A stretch of 64,000 nucleotides of DNA from Stegostoma tigrinum (GCF_030684315.1 NC_081360.1:17885795-17949794); one strand, 5' to 3'. Counted from the stretch's first letter, positions 1 to 13,562 are shown. Translations and numbers: made by a program. Notes: generated by a model not told the origin, from the letters alone.

Positions 1-485
1 TTTTAATACACTGTCTTTTTGATGAGGAAAATGAATGATCCAAAGGCAAATACACTGTAATAATTTTCAGTGTGAATTTGCCTATTCATCCCCTCCATTG
101 CAACCATGCAAAGCTCCAAATACTCCCTCCTGATGAAACCATAATTTACGGACATGTTTTCCAATTTTAAACCCCGTAATTTCTACTTCATGATTCAGTC
201 TCCTCCCCACTAAGGCACAGATTTTGTTCTTACTTTGCTGAATATCTCCACTTTAGATGATCTGGAGATTGCTTCCAAGTTAATGTCTTCATTCTACTTG
301 AACTGTGACCATTCTGCCCTTGTTCTTGTGTATTGTTCACTTCTCTTTAATTGGGAATTAATAGTCCAATGATGACCATGAAACCATTGCCCGTTGTCTT
401 CAGTTTTATTGACAAACCAAATCTGCAGCATTGTATGTATGTTTCAATGAAAGGCCAACTCAATAAATAATGTGAAACAAATTAC

Positions 486-933
486 AGATAATAAAGTGTG
501 GAGCTGGATGAACACAGCAGGCCAAGCAGCATCTCAGGAGCACAAAAGCTGACGTTTCGGGCCTCAACCCTTCATCAGAGAGGGGGATGGGGTGAGGGTT
601 CTGGAATAAATAGGGAGAGAGGGGGAGGCGGACCGAAGATGGAGAGAAAAGAAGGTAGGTGGAAAGGAGAGTATAGGTGGGGAGGTAGGGAGGGGATAGG
701 TCAGTCCAGGGAAGACGGACAGGTCAAGGTGGTGGGGTGAGGTAAGTAGGTAGGAAATGGAGGTGCGGCTTGAGGTGGGATGAGGGGATAGGTGAGAGGA
801 AGAACAGGTTAGGGAGGTGGGGACGAGCTGGGCTGGTTTTGGGATGCAGTGGGGGAAGGGGAGATTTTGAAGTTGGTGAAGTCCATTGGGCTGCATGGTT
901 CCCAAGTGGAACATGAGTTGCTGTTCCTGCAAC
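486..933 (-). mobile_element. Penelope-like element 3' fragment (end of GIY-YIG ORF plus pseudo-LTR)
   Basis: LQEQQLMFHLGTMQPNG peptide; near reverse complement of 46450-46980. Confidence 0.85.
551..578 (-). ncRNA. Minimal type I hammerhead ribozyme core, intact
   Basis: Minus strand reads CTGATGA-A-GGG(TTGAGG)CCC-GAAAC-GTC. Confidence 0.7.
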
Positions 934-1834
934 AAAGTATGAACTGTTAAGCCAGTTTGATTTGCTCCACATGATATGAAGAAATGATTGAAGGCGCTGG
1001 AGGCAAAGGTTATGGACCGTAACAACATTCTGGCAATAGTACTGAAGACTTGTTCTCCAGAACTTGTCACTCTCATAGCCAAGTTGTTCCAGCTACTTAA
1101 CAATGTGCAAAATTAAACAGGTATGTACTGTGCACAAAAAGCAGAATGAAGTAACTCGGCTAGTTACTGCTCCATCAGTCTACTCTCAGTCATCAGTAAA
1201 ATGATGGAAGGTCTAAACAACAACACTATCAAGCTGTACCTGCTCAGCAATAACCTGCTCAGTGACGCCCAGTTTGGGCTCCACAAGGGCCACTCAGCTC
1301 CTGACCTCATTACTGCCTTGGCTCAAATATGGAGGAAAGAGCTGAATTCCAGAGGTGAGATGAGAGTGACTGTCCCTGACATCAAGGCCACGTTCAACTG
1401 AATGAGTCATCACGGAGCCCCAGCAAAACTGGAATCAATGGGAATCATTGGGAAAAATCTCTGTTGGTTGAAGTCATACTTGGCATGCAGGAAGATATTT
1501 GTGGTTGTTGGAGATCAGTCATCTCAGCTCCAGGTCAACTCCGCAGGAGCTCTTCAGGGTAATGTCCGAGGCCCACCCCTCGTCAGCTGCTTCATCCCTC
1601 TCACATACGATCAGAACTGGGGATGTTCACCAGGGATTGTACAATGTTCAGCACCATTCATGACTCCTCAGATGCTGAAACAGCCCTTGTGCAAATGTAA
1701 CAAGATCTGGACAATATTCAGGCTTGGGCTGATAAGTGGCAAGTAACATTCACATCACAGAAATGCTAATCAATGACCATCTCCAATTAGAAACATCTAA
1801 CCACCATCCCTTGATATTCAGTGGTGTGACCCTG

Positions 1835-1986
1835 CTTGCAATAAAAACAGAAAGAACTGCGGATGCTCTAAACCAGGAACAAAAACAGAACTCTGAGGAA
1901 GGATCACCAGATCCAAAATGTTAACTCTGATTTTTCCTTCGCAGATGCTGCCAGACCCGGTGAGCTATTGCAGCAACTTCTGTTTT
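1835..1986 (+). mobile_element. Short PLE-terminus insert with decayed hammerhead core
   Basis: TSD tgaccctg at 1827-1834 and 1987-1994; CTGAGGA-A-GGATC(ACCA)GATCC-AAAAT-GTT from 1893. Confidence 0.7.
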
Positions 1987-2126
1987 TGACCCTGTTATCA
2001 ATATTCTTGGGGTTACTATTCACCAGAAACTCAACTGGACTTGCCATATAAATACATTGGCCACAAAGGCAGGTCAGAGGCGAGGAATACTACAGCAGAT
2101 AACTCACCTCCTGACTCCCCAAAGCT

Positions 2127-2413
2127 TGGGACAAAGTAACCATAGTAGCCCAAGCCAAACATAGACATGCATGGGAATTCCTAGAGGCATGGTTCTCCAC
2201 CCATACTTCAATCAACAAACATTTAGAATTCAACCCCATATACAAACCCATACAGGTCAAAACTGGAAATGACAGTACTCACCGTAATGGACCGGACATT
2301 ATAAATTCCAAGCAGAGGAGAAGAATATCACTTCGTTGGAGGCTCCACTGATGATGGTGACAAAATGTCTGAACAAAAACGAGCCAGCTTGGCCAGCAAG
2401 TCAACAGCGTCAT
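2127..2413 (+). mobile_element. Second PLE family 3' fragment (Poseidon-like endonuclease C-terminus)
   Basis: WDKVTIVAQAKHRHAWEFLEAWFS..SINKHLE; TSD ccccaaagc at 2118-2126 and 2414-2422; degraded CTGATGA..AAAATGTC at 2348-2369. Confidence 0.7.
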
Positions 2414-5199
2414 CCCCAAAGCCTGTCCATCATGCACAAGGCACAGGTTAGTGTTGTGATGGAATGCTTCCCTGTTGCCTGGATGGTTGCAGCTGCAACA
2501 AAAACTCAAGAAGCTTGACACTACCCAGGACAAAGCTCCCCGCATGATTGGGACCACATCCACAAGCACCCACTGTCCCCAACACCGATGTTGAGTAGCA
2601 GCTGTGTTTACTGACTACAAGATGTGCTACAGGAGTTCACCAAAGATTCAATCGCATTGAATATCAATGAAAGCTCGTAAAACATCTCCTCATTTTTCAA
2701 GTTGTCACTTCCAGCCTTCTCAAAATTTAAATTTGAAATTTACTTCAACAATTTCAGATCATAATCTCTGCTCCCATTTTCTCAGATAGCAGATGCTGAG
2801 CATATCTCTGCTTTTGTCATTTACAACTTCTCTTGACCGATATATTTAGTTTTTAAATTCACATCTCATTTTGCTTTGCACCCTCATCCCCATTCATCAT
2901 CCAATCACTCATTCTTCCAGCCATCAGTTCTTCTCTCTCCTTCTTTCCTAATGCCCTCTATTTTTTATGCTGTACTCTTGCTTGAAAACTGTACATCTCT
3001 TTTCCAGCTCAGATGAAGGCCCCCTGATCTGTTAGTTCTATTTCTCACTCTGCAGATGCTGCCCAACCTGCCGAAGGGAAGGAGCACGGCAAAAGGAGGT
3101 GGCTATTCAGCCCCTCAAGCATGTTCTCTCATTAAATGAGATCACTGTTGATTTGCAAACTAATTCTACATACCCAGCTCTGCTTACATAACTGAGTTAA
3201 TAAAAACTATTCGTAGCAGGTGATTTTGCATGTATTGGCCTTAGCGGGAAAGGTCCAGGCCTGTCCCATCCTTTGTATGTAAACTCTTCCTTAACTTCAC
3301 CCCTGAAAGGTCATACTGCAATTTTGAGGCCAAGACCCTAGTCCTGGACTCCAAAGCCAGCGAAAATCACTATTCTTTATCCAACTATCTGCTCCCCTTC
3401 ATATTCAGTAAACTTTGATCAAATCATTCCATAAATGTCTAATTTGCAGAAAATAAAACATTAGCTTGTTGCCTCCTCTTCATAAGTTAACCCTTGAAAT
3501 CCAGGTCTCATGTTAGTAACTTTACCCTGCACTTCATCCGAGGTCAGGATATCCTTCCAAAAGTGTGGTGGTCAAAACCGCCCACTATCGTCCAGGTGGA
3601 TTCATACCAGGGCTTTGTTCGCATCACCTTTCAACCTCATGTATTGTTCTCCAACAGTCTATTAATTTTTCTGATCAGTTAACCAATCTTTCCAGAGCAT
3701 CCTAATGATGGCACACTTAGACCCCAAATGTCTTTTGACTTTCACTTTTTCTAGATTTTCATCATTTAGAACCCATCCTGTTCACTTCTTCTTTGGTCCA
3801 AAGTGGATGTGCTCACATTTTCTGACACAGAAATCCATTTGCCATAGTTTTGCACGTTCGCTTTATCTATTAACATACCTTTTCCGGTTTTTTTTGCTTT
3901 CATCCACGTCTATGCTTCCCAAGCTGTTTTTCTGCTGTGACTCTACTTGGTCAAACCCACATCTACAGCATCCATGTTTTCCCATGTTTCTCTGGGGGTA
4001 CATGCACAGAAATATATCCAATGCTTTCACAGTCATTACAAGCTGCCCGGCTTTGTGCCTGTGCTAAAAGGCCAGGCGAGGGAGAAGGACAGTGAGACTG
4101 TAAGTTTTGAATGAGGCTGTCATGTGCAAAAATGCAAGGCATGGCAGAGGTGCTGTAAGCAGCCAAGTAAGCATGCAACAAATGAGCACTAAAAGGGCAA
4201 GCTATGAGCCCTGAGAAGTACCCTGTTCCAAGGATGCCAGACCCTGTGGTCTGGCAGTAGCACAGCATAGAAAGTTGTCAGTTTACTCCAAAGTGCTGCA
4301 CTGAAGTGGTGAATTGTGTTCTAAGTGAATTAGAATGAAGATGTGGTGGGGCGGGTGCATGCCTGATGCCAATGTCAGTGAAGCACACCGTGAAATGATT
4401 CCTTTCCAAGGTGAGGGTCCAGAAGAGCTGCTCGATGCCCATTCAGACTTGCATGTCAGGAATGATCACTGGTTAGGCCCTCACCACCTCTTGGGAGATT
4501 AGGAAACTGCATGTAAATGAGCTAAGAATAGGGAATAACGAGATGTTAAAGCATGCAAATCATGCACACCACTCACTGGCGACATTCTCATCCCGTCATT
4601 TCAACCTAGGCTGGAAAATCAAACTTTATTTTCTTGACATTGATGATCTAATTTTTCCAATCTTGCCTTATTTTCCCATGACTTGCCGTTGCCCAGGGCG
4701 TTAAAGGGCTGGGAGAATTCCACCCACATGCTGTGATGGCATCAGTGATCATGTTGACAGGCTAAAAAAAAACATACTTAAAGGGACGTCGCAGCTGATC
4801 CCAGGATTGGCAAATCTGAGTCACTGCTCCTTAGCTGCCACTGCTATGTCGGAGCTTGTGATCCCAATTACTCATCCCAAAACCTCACTGGGGATACAGC
4901 CCATAATTTAGAAACAGCTGATCTGCCCAGCTTACAATTTCATTTATCATTGTGTCATTGGCAAACTTGAGTCTGTGGCTTTCTGTCCCATCGTCCAACT
5001 TGTTCATAATGTTGAGGGGCCCCGCAGTGTGTAACCAGGAAGGCAAATTGCCATGTATATTCCTGATCACATATGATCCCAAATGATTGAATTCTCTGCA
5101 ACCATCACATTCCATTTTCCCTGTTGCTGTCTCTGGGAACTGTTCAAAGGTACCACAGTTAGTTTTCTGGCTGAACTAACGTTTATGCAAATCTTCTCA

Positions 5200-5500
5200 G
5201 ATGGCACATATAACATGCCTGATCGATAGGATCACTGTGTGAAGGCGCCCGTTCTCTACTTCAACTGGGCTTCCATTGCTCCGCACAACATCAGCCACAC
5301 CAACACCATTCCAATCCTGCATCTCTTTACAAAGTGTGGCCGAGATGTGAAACCAACTGTCCAGATACTCCTTTCTCGCCCCTGTGTGTTCAAGTCTCTC
5401 CAGCTTGACCTCCATCTCCACGAATCTAAGGTGGAGTCAGCAGCTGTTGATGTGTTCATTTGGGACAATCCCACATTTTGCAGTGCAGGCAACCAGAATA
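5200..5500 (-). mobile_element. Probable decayed CR1 ORF1 N-terminal fragment
   Basis: CLHCKMWD followed by EVKLERLEHTGARKEYLDSWF resembles the CR1 ORF1 zinc-finger/leucine-zipper region. Confidence 0.4.
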
Positions 5501-5809
5501 ATCTGCCACATCATAGTTTTGATATTTACGATATCTTTGTCTTTTTTGTTGTTTTTCTGAAGTTTCTTTCCTTTGCATTAATTTGCACAAAACACCAGAA
5601 CATAAGATGAAATTGTGAACACTGTCAAACTCAATCTCACACAAACTACCCCCAGTTGTTCCCTCGATGCAGTGAATTTCCACCCTCTCCAAATTCACAA
5701 CTTTTCTGCTCTGTGTACCATGCACTCCATTTAGGGCCACTCTTGTGCACCAGCAGATGTTGTTTACTCTTAAATGCATTTATTTCAAGCCTCACTCAAG
5801 CTTTTTTGA

Positions 5810-6135
5810 TCCATTCATTCATGGCTGAGGGTGTCGCTGGCTATCCCAGCATTTATTGGGGTTAAGGGTCAACCACATTGCTGCGGGTTTGGAGTTTCAT
5901 GTAATTCCAGACCAGATAAGGATGGCAGGTTTACTTCCCGAAAAGTCATTCATGAACCAGATAGGCCTCAATGAGAATTGATGATGACTTCTTTTCTGAG
6001 AATAATTCCAGACACATTCACTGAGTTTAAATTCACCAAGTCATATGGTGGATTTAAATCTGTGTCTCATCGCGGTGACCAGAACATTAACCTCGGCCTT
6101 TGAACTATTAGGCCAGAGATATGACCACTCTCCCA
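5810..6135 (-). mobile_element. tRNA-derived SINE with L2-like tail
   Basis: Homologous to 12525-12735, 20465-20635, 9860-10025 and 52125-53220. Confidence 0.6.
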
Positions 6136-8080
6136 CATTGGTACAATTGCTTGTCTCAACACTTGCAGTACTATGTTACGTTTTTTCATCTGTGTTACTT
6201 CCAACATAATTTGTTTTTGGTCATTTGACTATTCTCTGTCCTCCTCCTTTTTGTCTGGCTTTCTTTCTCTTCTATTTCCCCAGTTTACTCCCCTGACATT
6301 TTTTTCCAACGTGTGTCTCTTTGGGTCCTTTTGTCATTCTCTCCTGATGTAATGATTACTATTTTGCATTTGCACTCTTTCAGCTACTGGAGTGTCACTC
6401 GGTGTTCTGCATTTCTGCTGCACTTTACAGTGTGCTACATGTCACAGACAGAGAAAGTACAACAGAGGAACTGGCCATTCATTGCAATATGTCAATGCTG
6501 GCGCTTATGTTGCACAAGAGCCTTTCTTCAAACATCTTGTGTAATCTTCTCAGGATGACTTTCTAGTCCTTCCTTCCTCATTCTTAGCTAGGTTCCTCCT
6601 AGATATTCAGCTATACTGTTCATCTCAACTGTTCCACCTGTGGTTGACATTTTAACTATTTTTTGGTTTATTTTTTGGTTGAATTCCTAATTCATTTTTA
6701 TTACTGATGACTTCATAGTTAGTGTCTCCAGTTTTGAGTTCTCCAGAAAGGGTAAATATGTCCTCTCTGCTAACCCTCCTAACCAAATTTTGAAATTTGC
6801 ATCAAGTCACCCCTTCGTCTTCCCTTTTCGAGCAAAAAACTAACCGGTTTTGTTTTTTCCTGATAGTTATGTCCTCAATTTTGGCGTAAATAATCTGGAA
6901 ATTTCTTTTGCACATTTTTCCAGTGCAATTTTTGTTTTGTACTATGTGCTGTGTGAAGTTGTGAAAAATCCCAAAATTATGATAAAGTGGTTTGAAATGA
7001 ACATTGTATTGATTGGAACATAGAAAACCAAAATAAATATAATGAATGTTCACATTTAGAACAGGATCTGCGGAGTTAAATTGTGAAAGTATTTATTTAC
7101 CGACTGACAAAGGAATTGGTTAACCAGGGACATAAAGTTGTTCTCCCTTTAGTTTGGTACTTCCTGTGAATTGCCCAGATGTGCACAAGATGAAAAACTT
7201 GGATATAAAATATCTTTATTCAGCAATGCTCAAAGTTAGGATTCGTATTTGCAGCACAAAGAAGTTGACTTGGTATTTGTTTCACAGTACAACAGCGAAT
7301 ACTTGATCAAATGAATTGAGAGAAATTGGGCCAATGACAACATGGAGGACAGATTTTGTTAAAGGGGAAAGAAATCAGGAGAAAGAATAGATACAATTTG
7401 TCTGGAGTTAGTTTCAAGGATATTTAATCTTCTGTGAAGGTGTTCCGATGATAGTCCTCCATAAAGTTACAATCTACCAGCTGATCCATGAATTTTCCAC
7501 CCAGCGCCAACATTCCATCTAATTTGCTTTTTTTTCCACTAGGTGGACCTCCAAGGTCCAAGTGTAGGAGCAGCTTCCGAAAATGGAAGTCAGTGAGTCA
7601 ACATGCCAATTGGGATGTGTGGAACATCCCAGCAGTGAAACAGCTTACAGGGGACATTGGCCAGCACAATTATTAGGGCAGCATCACCACAAGAATGGCA
7701 GTGATTTGTTCAGAAGGCCAGCCAGCACCTTTTCATAGGAACTGAGGTCAAGCATCATATGCAATCTTGCCTGTGTCATCCATATTTTCAGAACAGAAGA
7801 ACGTAAAAAGTAGCAGCAGAAGCAATCCAGTCAGCTCCTCCAGCCTGCTCTGCCATTCAATAAAATCATGGCTTACTGATCTGATTCTGGTCTAACTCTA
7901 CTTTGTGACTTTTGTCCAAAGCTCTGAACTCTATTGTTAATCAAACATCTCTCTCACTCATCCTTAAGTATCTTCAATGACCCTGCCTCCACTGCTTTCT
8001 GTGAAATAGAATATCAAAGATTTATGACTCTCTGACAGAAGGAGTTTCTTCTCAACTCAGTCTTAGACAGAAGAACACTT

Positions 8081-8278
8081 GAGATAACAAGGTGTGGAGC
8101 TGAATGAACACAGCAGGCCAAGCAGCATCAGAGGAGCAGGAAGGCTGATGCGTCAGGCCTAGACCCTTCTTCAGAAACTGCAGCCTTTCTGCTCCTCTGA
8201 TGCTGCTTGGCCTGCTGTGTTCATCCAGCTCTACACGTTGTTATCTCAGATTCTCCAGCGTCTGCGGTTCCCACTATC
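8081..8278. mobile_element. Fold-back PLE terminus (inverted arms of about 67 bp)
   Basis: 8081-8147 is the near reverse complement of 8181-8247; the loop holds a degraded hammerhead core on the minus strand. Confidence 0.85.
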
Positions 8279-10029
8279 GCCAGAAGAACCCTTATTTGAC
8301 TCTGTTAAACCGCTGCAAATGGACAAGTCAGGTCTCAGAATGAAATCTAGCTTGATAGATCATTTCTTTCAAATTTCAGTAAACATGGAAGTCAGTTACT
8401 GAAACTTAGTCACAGGAGACTGCAAAGTTACTTCAATAACTGGACAGAGGATTGTTACACAAAAAACAAAAAAAAGTTGTTTAGCTATAATACAGTTTTC
8501 AAAAAAAACTTAAAATGCATGGCAAAATAATATTTTCAACCTATTTCACAAAGCCATCTATTTATAGAAATTTAGGTCCAGAGAAATTAATCTATATTAA
8601 ATCTTTCAGTTCTGCTTTACTGATTTGCTGCATTTCCTTTTCTGTGAACTGTGGAATCTTCTTACATGAATATGCATGAAACTGAGAATTTAAACAGCCT
8701 CAGCTCCCGACAGCTTGCAAATTCTGATCAAAACTCTCCTTGTTTGAGGCCGGACAAATTAAGCTTTTCTTCAGCGGTGACCATGTTTTCATTGAGCTGT
8801 CCTCAACTTTTTCAAGGAGAGAAAATACATTTCTTCTGACCCCAGTCAGGTCTCTTCTGAACTGCCCTAAAAAGTTTCAGCTTCTGGCTTTTCTAAACTA
8901 AAATCAATCCTTGGTTATTCTGAACTGAAAACAAGTTAATAGCCTTCATTGTTTAGACTGACTGTTATAAAACCACCACAGTATAAACAATTTCCCATTA
9001 ACACACCCCAGGCGTTCACAGCCACTTGCTTTCTGAACAATGCTGAACGACGCATTTTGACAAACACATGGACTGTGAATTTATTTTGAAGGAAACCTTC
9101 ATCTACTTCTTTGATAAAATTCTCTTTCCAAAAATCAGAATGATGTGAATGTATATGTGTCATATTTATTCCAGCATTCATCATGTCTGCAATGACTGTA
9201 GATCCTGTCTCCTGCCCCTTGTCTTATTTGACAACACCTTCAAAATCAGAAATCAACATAGTGAACCTCATCTGAATGTGTGTATAAGGGAACTAAAATT
9301 GTCTGCAATTTAGGTGTGTCTTGCACTGTTATGGAGGTTCCTACTTCTATCCTCCAACCACCTTGTCATCAGGGAACACCCCATTTGTCTTCCAAATCAC
9401 TTGTTGCACCAGTTTGCTGGCATCTTGTGATGAACAAGGATGACCAGATCCCTCTGGACCGCAGAAGATTTCAGCCTTTCTCCACTCAAATACTATTCTG
9501 CTTTTCTATTCTAACTGCAATAAGTGGATAACCTCTCATTTTCTGACACTATCTTCCATGTGCCAATTTTTGTCTGACTTGTTCCACCTATCGATACTTT
9601 GCTGACTCTTCAGATCATCTTCACCTTTGCTTTCTGACCTATTTTTGTATTGTCAACAAGTTTATAAGAGAAAGCTTCACCCAAGTCATTAATATAAATT
9701 ATAAATAACTCGGGCCCAGCACCACTGGTTACAATTTGCCAGGTTGAAGATTCATCATTTGTCTCAAATCTGTTTCCCTGTGCATTTGCTAGTACCCGAT
9801 GTGTGTTAATATGTCACTCCAATGCTATGAGTTCTTATCTTGAGCAGTAATCTTTCATGCAAACCATCTGGTTCATTAATGTCCTTTAGAGAAGTAAATA
9901 TGCCACCCTTTCCTCCTCTGGATTCGATGTGACTTCAGACACACAGCAATAAAGTTAACACTTGACTACCCTCTAGACTATTAAGGATGGGTAATAAATA
10001 TTGTTCCAGTCAGCAATGTTATCGTCATT

Positions 10030-10525
10030 GAGTCATAGAGCATGGAAACGGGCCCTTCAGTCCAACCAATCCATGCCAAACATAATCACAAACTAAACTA
10101 ATCCCACCTGTCTGCTTCTGGCCCATATCTCTCTCAACCTTTCCTGTTCACATATCCATCCAAATGCCTTTTAAACATTGTGATTGTAACCTTCATCAGG
10201 AATTTCATTCTCCACGCGAACCACCCTCTGTGTTGACTCTTGCATCTTTTCTCAATCTCTCTCCTATCACCTTAAAAATGTGCCCCCTGGTCTTGAAACT
10301 CCCCATCTGAGGGAAAAGACAACTATTGTCAACCCTATCTATACCCCTCATGATTTTATAAACCTCTATCACGTCACCTCTCAACCTTCTACATTCCATT
10401 GAAAACAGTCCCAGCCTATCCAGCCTTTCTTTATAACTCAAACCTTCCATACCCGGCAACATCCTGGTAAATCTCTTCTGAACACTCTCCAGCTTGCTAA
10501 TATCCTTCCTGTAACTGGACGACCA
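10030..10525 (-). mobile_element. 5'-truncated CR1 LINE
   Basis: YRKDISKLESVQKRFTRMLPGM...RRLRGD; TSD cgtcatt at 10023-10029 and 10526-10532. Confidence 0.88.
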
Positions 10526-12524
10526 CGTCATTACCCCTGAACAAATTTAAAAGTAATGTGGCAAGTTGTCAAATGCATTTCAAAAATCTAAAGACCTAGT
10601 TCCCTTTTAACTACCTTGCTTGTTACATTCTTAAAGCACTCAAACAGCATTTGCCAAACATGATTTCCTTTTCATTAAACCATTTTGACTCTGATTGTAA
10701 GAAATTCAGACAGTCACGGTTATGCAAAATTGCTGTTGATTTGCTAAAATCTCTCTACAAGCTATAAGACACATCAGGAATGTGGTAGAATAATATTTAC
10801 ATGCTTGGCTAAGTATGGATCCGACAACACGGAAACGTCTCACAACCTATTAGCTTAAAAATTCACTACCTGCGACGTCGCTGTGGCTGTAGTGTGTCCT
10901 ATCTACAGAATCCACTGTGAAAACTCACCAAGGCTTTATCAGCAGCAACTCTTAAATGCACGACACTGAGAAAGACTGGTGTGCAGCCCTTTGCATGGAA
11001 ATGTCATCATTCAGTAATATACTATTTTGGCAAGAAGGAAATGTCACTGAAACCTGGAGATGACTGGTCTGAACTGGAGTTCCATTTTAAGGTATACAAG
11101 ATCAGATCACAACAGTGCTAAATATTTCCAAGTTTTACCAATTTTTTTTTCCCCTTCTGGCTGAACAGGTACTGCTATTACTTCACATTTGCTTGGTTAA
11201 GATCCATAAAATCCTGTCCTAACATCACTGCAGGACTTGGACTGCAGCAGTTTGAGATCTTGCCAGCCATGCTCACATCCTGAGACTGAAACAAAAGAAA
11301 ACCTCAGTAACTTTCAAAAAAATGTTTTAAAGTGAGTTACAGAATTCAGATGTCATGGATACTTTCTCAGGTTTCGGTGGAATAAACAGTTCACATAGGC
11401 TATCTGAGTGACACACTGCCTTCTTCTTCTTATGTTGTCAGAGGAATTGACAAATGTTGTATTAGCGCTCCCTTTTGATCCAGACTACAGATTTCTATCT
11501 TCTCATGTGCATCATTGTGTTTGTTTCTGGTTCCATTTGCTTCAACCACTGCCACATCCTCCACTCAACCAGTTCCTACCTTCCACTTCTGTCCTTTAAT
11601 ACGAATCTCCTATTCCTGACACACACCCCACCCCCGCATATTTGCCGATCAACTGTTATTAAATGTATACAATTCTTTTTGTGAGTCCCAATTAGATGCT
11701 CCGTCCTTACGCCATTTGAAATAGGAGCAGAAGTGGACTATAGAGCCCCTACTGAGTTTACTCTGCCAGTCAATGAGATCATGGCTGACTTGTTTGTGTT
11801 TCAAATTCTTCATTCCTATCTATCGCAATAGCCTGTGATTCCCTTGCCTACAACAAACTAACTACCTTTGTCTTTAAAAATGTTAAATGACCCTGTTTCC
11901 ACCTGAGGCAGAGAGTTCCAAACTTTTTGGAAAAAAGCTTTGTCAAACAAGCCCTGGAGAACCTAAGCATAGCAGTCCCTCACCAAACTGTTGAGCATTT
12001 CATGACTCTATCTACCCATGGTCACACTTAAAAGGAATAATGAGAACATCAAATGTCTTCAAGACAGAGATTGATAAATTCTTGATCTCACAAGGAATTA
12101 CGGGCTACGGGGAGAGTGCAGGGAAGTGGAGTTGAAATGCCCATCAGCCATGATTTAAATGGTGGAGTGGATTTGATGGGCCAAATGGCCTTACTTCCAC
12201 TCCGATGTCTTATGATCTTATGGCCTTATCTCTTCGCTATACCCAAGTCTAAAGCATTGATGCACACCAAGGAAAAGGTGATCTGCCCTCTAGGGTAACA
12301 CCAATTTCAACACTTCCTTAATCCAGGCAGCATCTATTTACTCTGATTCCATCTATTGTTAGCCAGCATTTTATCTATCTGATCTTTCATCCTTTACCCA
12401 ACATCCGGATTTTTCTAACAATCTTTTTGCAAGATACTTTAATGACAATCTATCTGAACTATCATTGTTCCGTCCCCTGGAAAAATCCAATCATTTTGTC
12501 AGAAGGCTGCGTTAAATCCTTCTT

Positions 12525-12735
12525 GTTCATTCATGGGACGAGGGCGTCATTGGCTCGGCAACACTTATTGGCCGCCCTCAATTGCCGAGTGGGCAGTCCA
12601 GAGTCAATCACTTTGCTGTCGATCTGGAATCACATGTATGCCAGACCAGGTAAGGATGGCAGTTTCCTTCCCTGAAGGGCATGAGTGAACCAGATGGGTT
12701 TCTCTGACAATTGGCAATGGATTATGGTCATCATT
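12525..12735 (-). mobile_element. L2-tailed SINE fragment
   Basis: Same family as 5810-6135. Confidence 0.6.
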
Positions 12736-12977
12736 GATTCTTGAGTAGGATTTACCCTAACAGATCTACAATGGCTGTCAGCTGTTGTGGAGTGAAAAAG
12801 ACAGCTGTGAATTAATAAATTAGCATGTAGTTCGTAACTGTTCCTTTGTTTCATATTCATACATTTTCTCTTTTGGGGAATAATGACGAAGTATTGGAAG
12901 GATTAGTAGGCCGATTATCAGTCTTCTTGATCAATATCATGAATGTTCCTTCTGCAGCCAACAAGTTCCAAAAGGGG

Positions 12978-13155
12978 TAGTAGGAATTGTAGATGCTGGA
13001 GGATCCGAGATGACAAGGTGTAGAGCTGGATGAGCACAGCAGGCCAAGCAGCGTCATAGGAGCAGGAAGGCTGACGTTTTGGGTCCAGATCCTTCTTCCT
13101 AGGCCCGAAATGTCAGCCTTCCTGCTCCTATGACGCTGCTTGGTCTGCTGTGTTC
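12978..13155. mobile_element. Fold-back PLE terminus
   Basis: Inverted arms 13035-13083 and 13104-13152. Confidence 0.85.
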
Positions 13156-13476
13156 TGAAAGGGATTCTTCAACCCAAAGCTTCTGACTCAGAGGCAGGGG
13201 TGCTGCATATAAAGCCACAAGTCCTTGCATGACAATACTTGTTATCGTATCACTTGCTGTGACCCCAGAAAATTTGAAATTTTTCACAGCCAGGGCTATG
13301 CCCTGGGCCAGATATTGTTCGTGCAGAGGTGTCAAATGTTTTTTGATTATTATTGGCGATGGCAGAATCATATTTAAGGGGACTGTGCAGCTTTGAAATG
13401 CCAGTTACTTAATTTTCCTAGTCACCTCTGTAAATATAACTGGAAATAACAGGGTATTTTTAAATTTATCTTTCAG

Positions 13477-13562
13477 ATTCCACCTGCAGTCCCACAAATG
13501 CGGGATCAACTTGCCAGGAATGCATCAATTTAGGACCTGGCTGCGCCTGGTGTAAGGCAGTG
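13477..13562 (+). CDS. ITGB2: ITGB2 exon, PSI domain start (STCSPTNAGSTCQECINLGPGCAWCKAV)
   Basis: tttcag| acceptor, |gtaagc donor, 86 nt; CxECIxxGPGCAWC PSI motif. Confidence 0.93.

Larger units (their letters stand above)
960..2645 (+). mobile_element. Decayed LINE (CR1/L2 group) RT fragment with two nested PLE inserts
   Basis: LSDAQFGLHKGHSAPDLITAL...DIKATF and LCWLKSYL...SAGALQG RT motifs with stops and frameshifts. Confidence 0.8.

Noticed and set aside
7158-7240. ETS site ACTTCCTGT followed by an ATG as a promoter or first exon
   Set aside because: Peptide MKNLDIKYLYSAML is not a leader, and a single short motif is expected by chance
11169-11220. VLLLLHICLV after a pyrimidine tract and CAG
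   Set aside because: Lies within a decayed LINE 3' tail, with no start codon or donor
11475-11540. Hydrophobic peptide FYLLMCIIVFVSG as the ITGB2 signal exon
   Set aside because: No proper upstream ATG, leader too short from the internal Met, and weak donor (G|GTTCCA)
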